Of a stretch of 64,000 nucleotides of DNA, positions 1-8,334 are shown in pieces. Made by a program: the position numbers and the translations under genes. The notes under the pieces were generated by a model that saw only the letters and a list, made by a program, of their open reading frames with translations, searched no databases and was not told the DNA's origin. Within the stretch, counting starts at the first letter, position 1. The number at the start of each line of letters is the position of its first letter. The stretch spans positions 93,468 through 157,467 of the forward strand of contig JAUSOF010000093.1 in assembly GCA_030656145.1 (NCBI GenBank). Reading direction: 5' to 3'. This DNA is from Pseudomonas sp. (GTDB lineage: Bacteria; Pseudomonadota; Gammaproteobacteria; Pseudomonadales; Pseudomonadaceae).

Positions 1-1829
1 TTGACGCGGGTACTCCGTTCACGGCCACCAGCGGCGTGACTCAGGTCGTGGTAGCTGAGGGTGCCGCTGACGAGGCTGACACCACTGACAACATCGCAGC
101 AGATGTGGCCCAGGTCACTACCGTCAACTTTGTCGGTGCCAATACCCGCGAGCAGGGCGATACCTTTACCCTGGTTATCGACGGCCAGACCATCAGCTAC
201 ACCACGGATGGCGACGAAGGTTGGGGCGATATTCTCTCTGCCCTCGGCGATGCGATCGATACCTCTTCGCTGGCCGTAGACTGGGAACTGTTGGTTGGCG
301 GTGAAGGTTCGTTGATCGGTGATTTCACTCTGCAACTGACTGCAGCCGTAGCCGGTACGCCGTTCACGGTGAGCGCCTCGGCGACTAACCGCCCTGCGGG
401 CGAAATCAACACCCCGGCAGTTATTGCTGATGATGTTGATAACGTCGGTGCGGTGACGCCAATCGCACAGATCAGCACCATCGATCTGGGCAACGACACC
501 CTGGATGCGGGCGACGTGGTCCGCCTGACCATTAACGAGGTGGTCTACGACTACACCGTCACTGGCCAGGAAGTAGACAACTCGGCCATCGTCGATGCTC
601 TGGTGTTGGGCCTTGCTGGTGCGCCAGTTAGCGCCAGCAATGTCAGCGGCACGTTGCAGTTGACCGGTAACGGTAACGGCAGCACCTTCACGGTGGCTGC
701 GGTGATCAACAACATCGCCCTGCAAACCAATGCTGGCCAGGTTGTAGTGGATGACACCACCACGCCAAACGTGGATGCGGTACTCGCTGAAGCGCAGCAA
801 AGCACCGTTACCTTCGACTTTGCCGGTGGTAATGAGCCAGGTGATACCTACCGCATCACCCTGGACGTAGATGGCGAAGGCGGTGCTGAACCGATCACGG
901 TTGAGTACGTCACCATCGGTGATGAAACCTTGGCTCAAATTGCCGACACACTGCGCGATTTGCTATCGGATCAATCAGCCGTGAGCGTGACCTTGGTCGA
1001 GAGTGTTGCCAATTCCGGTAACTTCGATCAGTTGCTGTTCGCAGCCACTGTTACCGGTACGCCGTTCACCGTAACGTCTGAGGCGATCAACCGTCCTGAG
1101 GGTGAGCAGGTCAACAGCGCGCCAGCAATCGGGGTGGTTACCGCTAATGTGGCGGGTGTCGAGGCGGTTGCTCAGCAGAGCACTGTGACCCTGACAGGTG
1201 CAGACTTTGAAGCGGGCGATACCTACAGCATTACCATTGATGCCGATGGTGCGGGTGTGCTGGAGTCCTTCACTGTGAGTGTGGTCAGCACGGCTGACGA
1301 GACATTGGCAAATATCGCGCAGGCGCTGCAAGAGGCTATCGAGTCGCAGCATGCGCCGCTGACCGTTACGACCCAGGAAAGCGTGCTTCACTCTGGTAAC
1401 TTCGATCAGTTGCTGATTGTGGCGAAAAATGTGGGTACTCCGTTCACTGTTTCGTCGACCGTCACCAACCGCGATGTTGGTGCTGCCGATGACAACAGCG
1501 CGCTTGCCGTAACGACGCAAGACAACGTTGAAGCCGTAGCCGAGCAGGCGCAGGTTAGCCTGGTCGACTTCCAGGAAAACCTGATCACTGGCGATACGCT
1601 GTATATCAATATCGATCATGACGGCGTGCTGGGCATCGACAACTGGTTCTCCGCTCAGTTGGGTGCAGATCAAACCGTCAATGATCTGCTACTCGATCTG
1701 CAAACTCAGATCGAGACCGCAGGCATCGGCTTCAGTGCAGATGTCGACGGTACGCAGATCAGCTTGACCGGTGTGGCTGCCAACGCGTTCACCCTGGAGG
1801 CGGGCTACAGTCTGTTCCAGCCTATGTAA
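1..1829 (+). CDS. C-terminal part of a large acidic repeat protein, probable T1SS-secreted S-layer/adhesin (5' end outside window)
   Basis: Frame is open back to base 3 (DAGTPFTATSG precedes the ORF-track start). About five ~110-125 aa repeats (AQ.STV....GDTY.ITID ... GTPFTV). No Cys, one Lys, D/E/T/V/A/G-rich. Lies upstream of a PrtDEF-type operon. Confidence 0.7.
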   Translation, partial: DAGTPFTATSGVTQVVVAEGAADEADTTDNIAADVAQVTTVNFVGANTREQGDTFTLVIDGQTISYTTDGDEGWGDILSALGDAIDTSSLAVDWELLVGGEGSLIGDFTLQLTAAVAGTPFTVSASATNRPAGEINTPAVIADDVDNVGAVTPIAQISTIDLGNDTLDAGDVVRLTINEVVYDYTVTGQEVDNSAIVDALVLGLAGAPVSASNVSGTLQLTGNGNGSTFTVAAVINNIALQTNAGQVVVDDTTTPNVDAVLAEAQQSTVTFDFAGGNEPGDTYRITLDVDGEGGAEPITVEYVTIGDETLAQIADTLRDLLSDQSAVSVTLVESVANSGNFDQLLFAATVTGTPFTVTSEAINRPEGEQVNSAPAIGVVTANVAGVEAVAQQSTVTLTGADFEAGDTYSITIDADGAGVLESFTVSVVSTADETLANIAQALQEAIESQHAPLTVTTQESVLHSGNFDQLLIVAKNVGTPFTVSSTVTNRDVGAADDNSALAVTTQDNVEAVAEQAQVSLVDFQENLITGDTLYINIDHDGVLGIDNWFSAQLGADQTVNDLLLDLQTQIETAGIGFSADVDGTQISLTGVAANAFTLEAGYSLFQPM

Positions 1830-1899
1830 ACGGCTAGACGCCGGCTGTTTAATACAGCCGGCAACCCGATCAAGCCACCCCGGAAACGGAGTGGCCTTC

Positions 1900-1940
1900 A
1901 ACAAAAAAACCACTCCGGTAACGGCGTGGTTTTTTTGTTT
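1900..1940. terminator. Bidirectional intrinsic terminator after the repeat-protein gene
   Basis: AACAAAAAAACCACTCCGGTAACGGCGTGGTTTTTTTGTT: stem with A-tract and T-tract. Confidence 0.85.
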
Positions 1941-1978
1941 ATGGGTATAGCCCGTAGGTTGGCACTGTGCCGATTTTC

Positions 1979-2390
1979 GTAGGTTGGGTTAGCGGTGCGT
2001 CACGCCATGCAGGCAGACCAACGGTTCCGGCCACCGCGTAACCCAACACGGTCTCGCCAGCACAACAATTCATCGCCATGTGCATTCGGCTTGCGGTCGC
2101 GGTGTTGGGTGACGCCGCCGCGGCGTTGGGAAATACGTGCTCTGCGCGGCTAGCCTACGCGGCTCGACCCAACCTACGGTTTGGTGTGTGGCACTGTGCC
2201 GATTTTCGTAGGTTGGGTTAGCGGTGCGTCACGCCATGCAGGCAAGTCAACGGTTCCGGCCACCGCGTAACCCAACGCGGTCTCGCCAGCACAACAATTC
2301 ATCGTCCTGTGCATTCGGCTTGCGGGTGCGGTGTTGGGTTACGCCGCCGCGGTGTTGGCAAGGGTGTGGCCTACGCGGCCCGACCCTAGG
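1979..2390. repeat. Two tandem copies of a ~200-bp GTAG-type REP/REPIN-like element
   Basis: Copies start GTAGGTTGGGTTAGCGG at 1979 and 2208. First ends CCCAACCTAC at 2177, second end is degenerate. Period 229 bp. Confidence 0.85.
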
Positions 2391-2461
2391 GTTTGGGCTG
2401 CGGCCTTGTGCCGAAAAGCATCGCGGCTGAAGCCCCTCCCTCATAATGCAAGGTGCGTAGG

Positions 2462-2647
2462 TTATTCGGCGCCTTGCTGTGCAGTGTTTGTAACGGGTGC
2501 GAGGGCGCGCTCAAGGATAGAAATTATTTCGGAGTTCATGCTGCGATGGTTGGCCAGGGCCACTTCAGCGAGACGTTCTCTCATCTGGGCTGGCAGTCGG
2601 ATGACTAACTTTACAGGCGGTTGGCTGGAGGTATGCGCAGGTCTCAT
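2462..2647 (-). CDS. Arc-family ribbon-helix-helix DNA-binding protein (short AmrZ/AlgZ-like, 61 aa)
   Basis: [37 protein letters not shown] matches the Arc/AmrZ signature (VRLP..MRE..AEVA...[11 protein letters not shown]). GAGG RBS before ATG. Confidence 0.85.
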   Translation of the reverse strand: MRPAHTSSQPPVKLVIRLPAQMRERLAEVALANHRSMNSEIISILERALAPVTNTAQQGAE

Positions 2648-3326
2648 TGTTGCCTCTTCACGATTTCATGGGGCGCCTGTAACCGTTTTCCGGTATCCCT
2701 TTGCAGCGCGGGTGTTCACTCCTTACGTGGCTTCCGTTATGTCTGGCGTCGGAATAATGGCGGATTCTACTGCCTGTATACAAAAAGTATAGTGCTTGCT
2801 GTCGCGAACAGCCTGCACGTGGGCGAGAGAATTCGCCGTGAATAAACGCGCCAATCTAGGCCGTAGAATGGTGTTCGGCGGTTAGGTTTTTTGAGAGCGG
2901 CGGCATGCGGAAATGCGGCGATACGGCGCGCGGTATACCCGAGAATGATGGTAGATGAATTTTTCGTGTATTGTAATTTCGCGTTTTATGACAGCTATAT
3001 TCCGCATTAAACTCTTTTATCGGCGAAATTATCTGCCTGTCGATTTTTTGGCGGTGCCCGTGGCGGTTAGCAGTACGGTCAGGTTGTGGGTGTGGCTGAG
3101 CTCGCTTTAGGGGTGGTGCTACTTGTCTAGTTGGCGATATAAAACGCTGTTGTTATCGCGGCTTATTGGGGGTTGATCCTAGCGTGACTCACTGGATAAA
3201 AATTTTGCATTGTCAATAATAACCATCGAAGAGTGCGCGCGAGGTGGCGGGGTGTTGGCATCATAATGACGCCTCCGTGATATCATCGCGGGCTGTTTTT
3301 GTTACTGAGTCTTTAGAGTCCCGCGC

Positions 3327-5033
3327 ATGAAGCCCCCATCCCAGTCTGACCTGAAAGCTGCCTTGCTTGTGTGCAAGGGCGGCTTTTTCTCTGTTGGTTT
3401 TTTCAGCCTGTTCGTCAACTTCCTGATGTTGGTGCCCGCGTTCTACATGTTGCAGGTGTATGACCGGGTGATCGCCACTGGCAGCCATTCGACCTTGCTG
3501 ATGCTGACCCTGATTCTCACCTTGCTGCTGGTTACCATGGGCGTGCTGGAGTGGGTACGTTCGCGCATTATGGTGCGCCTCAGCACGCGGCTGGATCTGA
3601 TCCTGGGGCCGCGCCTGTATGACGCCAGCTTCAAGCAGGCGCTCACCTCAGGTGGTATGCAGGCCTCGGCCCAGCCCCTAAGTGACCTCACCGGCCTGCG
3701 TCAGTTCATTACCGGCAATGGGCTGTTTGCGTTTTTCGATGCGCCCTGGCTGCCGATCTATCTGGCTGTGATGTTTTTGTTCCACCCCTGGTTTGGTTGG
3801 TTTGCCGTGGGTTGTGCGCTGGTGTTGGTGGCCCTTGCCTTCCTCAACGAGCGGCTGACCAACGCGGCGCTGCTGGAGGCCAACAAGCAAAACCTGGCCG
3901 CCACTGCCTTCACCCAGAAGAATCTGCGCAATGCCGAGGTGGTTGAGTCCATGGGCATGCTGGGGATGTTGCGTGAGCGCTGGCAGGCGATGAACCACCA
4001 GGTGTTGTCCCTGCAGGGCGTGGCGAGTGATCGCGGTGGCAGTATTGCGGCGTTTTCCAAGACCTTTCGCTTGTTGGTGCAGTCGCTGATTCTGGGCTTG
4101 GGTGCCTACCTGGCGATCGAGCAGGAGATTACGCCGGGGCTGATGATTGCCGGTTCGATTTTGCTCGGCCGGGCGTTGGCGCCGATCGATCAGATGATTG
4201 GTGCCTGGAAGGGTTTTTCTGCGGCGCGTGGCCAGTATGCGCGGCTCGATGAGCTGCTTGAGCAGGTTGCCGCCGAGCCGGAGCGCATGTCGTTACCTGC
4301 GCCGCGTGGCGAGGTAAGCGCAGAAAACCTGGCGGTGGTGCCACCTGGGGCGCAAAAGCCGGTGCTGGTGGGGCTGAATTTTCACGTGGCGGCTGGTGAC
4401 GCGGTGGGCATTATCGGTCCTAGTGCGTCGGGTAAATCGACCCTGGCCCGTGCGCTGCTGGGTATTTGGCCGGCCGCACAGGGCAAGGTGCGCCTGGACG
4501 GTGCCGACGTGTTTGCCTGGCAGCGTGAAGAGCTTGGTCAGCATGTCGGTTACCTGCCGCAGGATGTCGAGTTGTTTGACGGTTCGATCAACGAGAACAT
4601 TGCCCGCTTTGGCAGCGTTGACCCAGTGGCCGTGGTTGAGGCCGCCCGCCTGGCCGGTGTGCATGAGCTGATTCTCAAGTTGCCGCAGGGCTATGACACG
4701 GTGATTGGTGCAACCGGCGGTGGCCTGTCCGGTGGCCAGCGTCAGCGCATCGGCCTGGCGCGGGCGGTGTATCGGCGGCCGCAGTTGATCGTCTTGGATG
4801 AGCCCAACTCCAACCTGGACGATGTGGGTGAGCGGGCGCTGTCCGAGGCCATCGTCAAGCTCAAGCAGGCGGGCTGTACGCTGTTTGTGATTACTCACCG
4901 CACCAGTGTGCTTAATGCCCTGGACAAGCTGATGGTGCTGCGTGATGGCGCGCTGGCGATGTTCGGCCCACGCGACAAGGTGCTCGCCGAGCTGAGCAAG
5001 GCCCAGCAGTCGGCAGCAGCAGTGCGTGCGTAA
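3327..5033 (+). CDS. prtD: Type I secretion ABC transporter, PrtD/AprD family
   Basis: N-terminal LMLVPAFYMLQVYDRVI, Walker A GPSASGKST, signature LSGGQRQRIGLARA, Walker B IVLDEPNSNLD. No C39-like domain. Confidence 0.93.
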   Translation: MKPPSQSDLKAALLVCKGGFFSVGFFSLFVNFLMLVPAFYMLQVYDRVIATGSHSTLLMLTLILTLLLVTMGVLEWVRSRIMVRLSTRLDLILGPRLYDASFKQALTSGGMQASAQPLSDLTGLRQFITGNGLFAFFDAPWLPIYLAVMFLFHPWFGWFAVGCALVLVALAFLNERLTNAALLEANKQNLAATAFTQKNLRNAEVVESMGMLGMLRERWQAMNHQVLSLQGVASDRGGSIAAFSKTFRLLVQSLILGLGAYLAIEQEITPGLMIAGSILLGRALAPIDQMIGAWKGFSAARGQYARLDELLEQVAAEPERMSLPAPRGEVSAENLAVVPPGAQKPVLVGLNFHVAAGDAVGIIGPSASGKSTLARALLGIWPAAQGKVRLDGADVFAWQREELGQHVGYLPQDVELFDGSINENIARFGSVDPVAVVEAARLAGVHELILKLPQGYDTVIGATGGGLSGGQRQRIGLARAVYRRPQLIVLDEPNSNLDDVGERALSEAIVKLKQAGCTLFVITHRTSVLNALDKLMVLRDGALAMFGPRDKVLAELSKAQQSAAAVRA

Positions 5034-5044
5034 CCCTTTAAAGG

Positions 5045-6379
5045 ATGGAAATGGACGTGAGTAATTCTTCCCCCGCGGGCCTTGCGCCATCGCTGCCGTT
5101 GGCGACCAACGATTTGCCTGTGCGGCGTATCGGCTATGCCGTGTTGTTTGTGACGTTCGGCCTGTTTGGTTCCTGGGCAACCTTTGCCCCGTTGAACAGC
5201 GCGGCCCTGGCGTCTGGCGTGGTCACGGTCAAGAGCTACCGCAAGACGGTGCAGCACCTGGAGGGCGGCATCGTTAAGGCCATTTACGTGCGCGATGGCG
5301 ACCAGGTGGCCGCTGGCGATGTACTGCTTGAACTGGACGGCACGCAGGCATTGGCCGAGCTGGAAATGGTGCGCAGTCAGCTGATTGCATCGGTCGCGCT
5401 GGGCGCACGGCTGGTAGCGGAGCGCGATGGCCTGGATGTGGTTGATTTCAAGCAGGATGCCAGCAGCGCCGATCAGCGTGTGCTTGAGGCGCAGCAGAAC
5501 GAGGACCAGGTTTTTCAGGCTCGTCGCTCCGCCCGGCTGGGCGAGACCGGTGTGCTGCAAAAGCGTGTGGTGCAACTCGACGAGCAGATTCGCGGCATTA
5601 ATGCGGTGATCGCCGGCAAACAGAAGGAGTCGGCTTTTTACGAAGAAGAAGTCGGCGACTTGAGTGCGTTGCTTAAAGAGGGTTTTGTCGACAAGCAGCG
5701 CTTGCGTGAGCAGCAACGCAATGGTGTGCGCCTGCTGTCTGAAATTGCTGAGTTACGCTCGTCCATTGCCGGCGCGCGCTTGCAGATTGGTGAGACTGAG
5801 TTGCAAATCATGCAGCTCAACAAGGATTTCATCGCGGAGGTGGTTACTCAGCAATCCGAGGTGCAAACCAAGATTTTTGATTTGAACGAGCGCTTCGCCG
5901 CAGTTGCCGAGCGTGCCCAGCGTATCCGCGTGCGTGCGCCTGAGGCCGGTATGGTGCTGGGCATGCAAGTGCATACGGTGGGCGGGGTGATTGCGCCGGG
6001 TACGCCGTTGCTGGATCTGGTGCCGGCCAGCGAGGATCTGGTGGTCGAGGCGCAGATCTCGCCGATAGACATCGACCGAATCGCGCTTGGCAAGTTGGCG
6101 GATGTGCGCTTTAGCGCATTCAACAGCGCAACCACGCCGGTGATCGAGGGGCGTCTGGCGCAGATTTCTGCCGACCGTCTGGTCAATGAGCAAACGGGTG
6201 TGCCGTATTACCTGGGCCGCATCGAGCTGACCGATAAGGGTCGCAAGGCCCTGGGTGACTTGACGCTGGTGCCCGGTATGCCAGCCGAAGTGCTGATCAA
6301 TACTGGCGAGCGTACGTTGTTGAATTACCTGGTGCAGCCGGCGACTAATGCGTTTGCCCGTTCACTGATTGAGGACTGA
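5045..6379 (+). CDS. prtE: Type I secretion membrane fusion protein, HlyD/PrtE family
   Basis: VQHLEGGIVKAIYVRDGDQV and C-terminal LVPGMPAEVLINTGERTLLNYL. Start could be 5051. Confidence 0.93.
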   Translation: MEMDVSNSSPAGLAPSLPLATNDLPVRRIGYAVLFVTFGLFGSWATFAPLNSAALASGVVTVKSYRKTVQHLEGGIVKAIYVRDGDQVAAGDVLLELDGTQALAELEMVRSQLIASVALGARLVAERDGLDVVDFKQDASSADQRVLEAQQNEDQVFQARRSARLGETGVLQKRVVQLDEQIRGINAVIAGKQKESAFYEEEVGDLSALLKEGFVDKQRLREQQRNGVRLLSEIAELRSSIAGARLQIGETELQIMQLNKDFIAEVVTQQSEVQTKIFDLNERFAAVAERAQRIRVRAPEAGMVLGMQVHTVGGVIAPGTPLLDLVPASEDLVVEAQISPIDIDRIALGKLADVRFSAFNSATTPVIEGRLAQISADRLVNEQTGVPYYLGRIELTDKGRKALGDLTLVPGMPAEVLINTGERTLLNYLVQPATNAFARSLIED

Positions 6380-6383
6380 CCCT

Positions 6384-7733
6384 GTGCGGCATTTTTTCTG
6401 TGGTGTGATGCTGCTCGCGAGTGCGCCTTTTTCCGGTGTGGTATTCGCCGCTGTTCCCAGTGAGGAGCAGGTGGTGGATTTATGGCAGTTGTTTCAAGAG
6501 GCCGAGCTGGAAGACCCGCGTGTGCTCGCCGGACGTGCACGCAGCGAGGGTGGTGCGTGGCGTGAGCGCGAGGCCTTTGGCCAGTTGCTGCCGCAATTGA
6601 GCGCCAGCAGTACGCTCAATCGAACTGCGCAGGACAATGACATCACTCGGCAGATTTATAACGGTGAGCGCTACGCGCTGACCTTGAGTCAGGTGATTTA
6701 TGACGCACAAACCTGGCACAACTACCGCCGTTACAGCGAACTGGCACGGCAGCAGGAGGCGGAGTACGCGATTACTCAAGAAGAGGCGACGCTTGATCTG
6801 ATCGAGCGCTACTTCAGCGCCTTGGCGGCCGAGGATGAGCTGGCTCTGGTGTCTGCTGAGTTGCGCGCCACTGAGCGTAACCTGGCACGCGTCAATTCGT
6901 TGTATGAGCGCCAACTGGCAATGATTACCGATGTGCTGGAAATCTCGGCGCGGGTGGATTCACTAAAATCCCGCGAAATTGAAGCGCGTAACACCGTAGA
7001 GGTGGGCCGCGAAGCACTGTCCGAGATGATTGGGCGTGAGATTACCGAGCGCTTGAAACGTGTCGGTGAGCAGGTCGTGTTTCTGCCACCGGAGTATGAC
7101 CGTGAATACTGGGTGCAGCAGGCCATGACCGAGAGTCCGGTTTTGCAGGCGCGCAACCGTGCGGTCAGTGCTGCGCAGGCTGCCTTGCAACAAGCGGCAG
7201 GTGGGCATAAGCCCAAGGTCAGTTTGAGCCTGAGTGGCCAGCGTAGCGACATCGGCTACGAGAACAGCCAAGCGCAGATCACGGATACCTATGTGGTGAG
7301 TTTGGGGGTTCAGGTGCCGCTCTACAGTGGTGGCTCGACCCGTGCGCGGGTTTCAGCCGGCGCTTCCGACTTGATGGTGGCCGAGCAAGAGTTTGAACAA
7401 GCCAGGCGCCAGGTGGTGCGTGAGACGCGCTCGGCGTTCTACGACACCCAGGCAGGCGTAAGCAAGATTTCCGCCTCCCGCAAGGCCATGGCGTCTTCGG
7501 CAAAGGCTCGTGAAGCTGCCGAGCGGGCGTTTGGTTTTGGCGTGATGAACGCGGTGGATGTGCTGAACACGATCAAGGAAGAGTACGCCGCGCGCCGCGC
7601 CATGCTGCAGTCGCAGTACGACTTCATCCTCAGTTCGCTGGTACTACGTCGCTGGAGCGGCTCGCTGGTACGCGATGATGTACGCAAGGTCAACGAGTGG
7701 CTGGTGGATGTCGCGCCTGCTGATCGCGGCTAA
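6384..7733 (+). CDS. Type I secretion outer-membrane channel, TolC/PrtF family
   Basis: GTG at 6384 with GAGGA RBS, signal peptide, QLLPQLSAS and VQVPLYSGGS TolC motifs, third gene of the operon. Confidence 0.9.
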   Translation: MRHFFCGVMLLASAPFSGVVFAAVPSEEQVVDLWQLFQEAELEDPRVLAGRARSEGGAWREREAFGQLLPQLSASSTLNRTAQDNDITRQIYNGERYALTLSQVIYDAQTWHNYRRYSELARQQEAEYAITQEEATLDLIERYFSALAAEDELALVSAELRATERNLARVNSLYERQLAMITDVLEISARVDSLKSREIEARNTVEVGREALSEMIGREITERLKRVGEQVVFLPPEYDREYWVQQAMTESPVLQARNRAVSAAQAALQQAAGGHKPKVSLSLSGQRSDIGYENSQAQITDTYVVSLGVQVPLYSGGSTRARVSAGASDLMVAEQEFEQARRQVVRETRSAFYDTQAGVSKISASRKAMASSAKAREAAERAFGFGVMNAVDVLNTIKEEYAARRAMLQSQYDFILSSLVLRRWSGSLVRDDVRKVNEWLVDVAPADRG

Positions 7734-8330
7734 CCTACGCGGCCCGACCCAACCTACGGTTTGGTCGCAAATCATGGGCATGCGCAAATCCGTAGGTTGG
7801 GTTAGCGGTGAGCCGCATTGCCCAGGTAAACCCACGATTGTGACCACCGCGTAACCCAACACGGCCTCGCACAATCATCCCCCTGTGTAACCGGCTCGCG
7901 GTCGCGCTGTTGGGTTACCCCACGCCCCGGAATCGCGGCGTTGGCAAGTGCGTGGCCCGCGCGGCTAACCCACGCGGCCCGACCCAACCTACGGTCCTGA
8001 ACAGTGCGTAGGTTGGGTTAGCGGTGAGCCGCATTGCCCAGGCAAACCAACGGTTGTGGCCACCGCGTAACCCAACACGGTCTCGCCAACAATCATCGTT
8101 ATGTTCAATCGGCTCGCGGTCGCGCTGTTGGGTTACCCCGCGCCCCGGAATCGCGGCGTTGGCAAGTGCGTGGCCCGCGCGGCTAACCTACGCGGCCCGA
8201 CCCAACCTACGGTTTTGTGGTTTGGTCGCAAATCATGGGCATGCGCAAACCCGTAGGTTGGGTTAGCGGTGAGCCGCATTGCCCAGGCAAACCAACGATT
8301 GTGACCACCGCGTAACCCAACACGGTCTCG
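7734..8330. repeat. Array of the same ~200-bp element (right end, two full copies, one truncated copy)
   Basis: Right end 7734-7757, full copies 7792-7992 and 8008-8210, truncated copy from 8253. Same GTAGGTTGGG/CCCAACCTAC ends as at 1979. Confidence 0.88.
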
Positions 8331-8334
8331 CGGT

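Noticed and set aside
2876-3071. Two GGCGGTTAG motifs as RfaH ops sites before the T1SS operon
   Set aside because: They differ from the GGCGGTAG consensus and similar 9-mers occur elsewhere (26300)
3195-3225. FleQ box (GTCAATAA...) upstream of prtD
   Set aside because: Only one half-site matches; the TTGAC half is absent
5041-5055. Three ANGGA motifs as RsmA/CsrA sites at the prtE start
   Set aside because: Explained by the RBS plus two in-frame ATGs; no hairpin context
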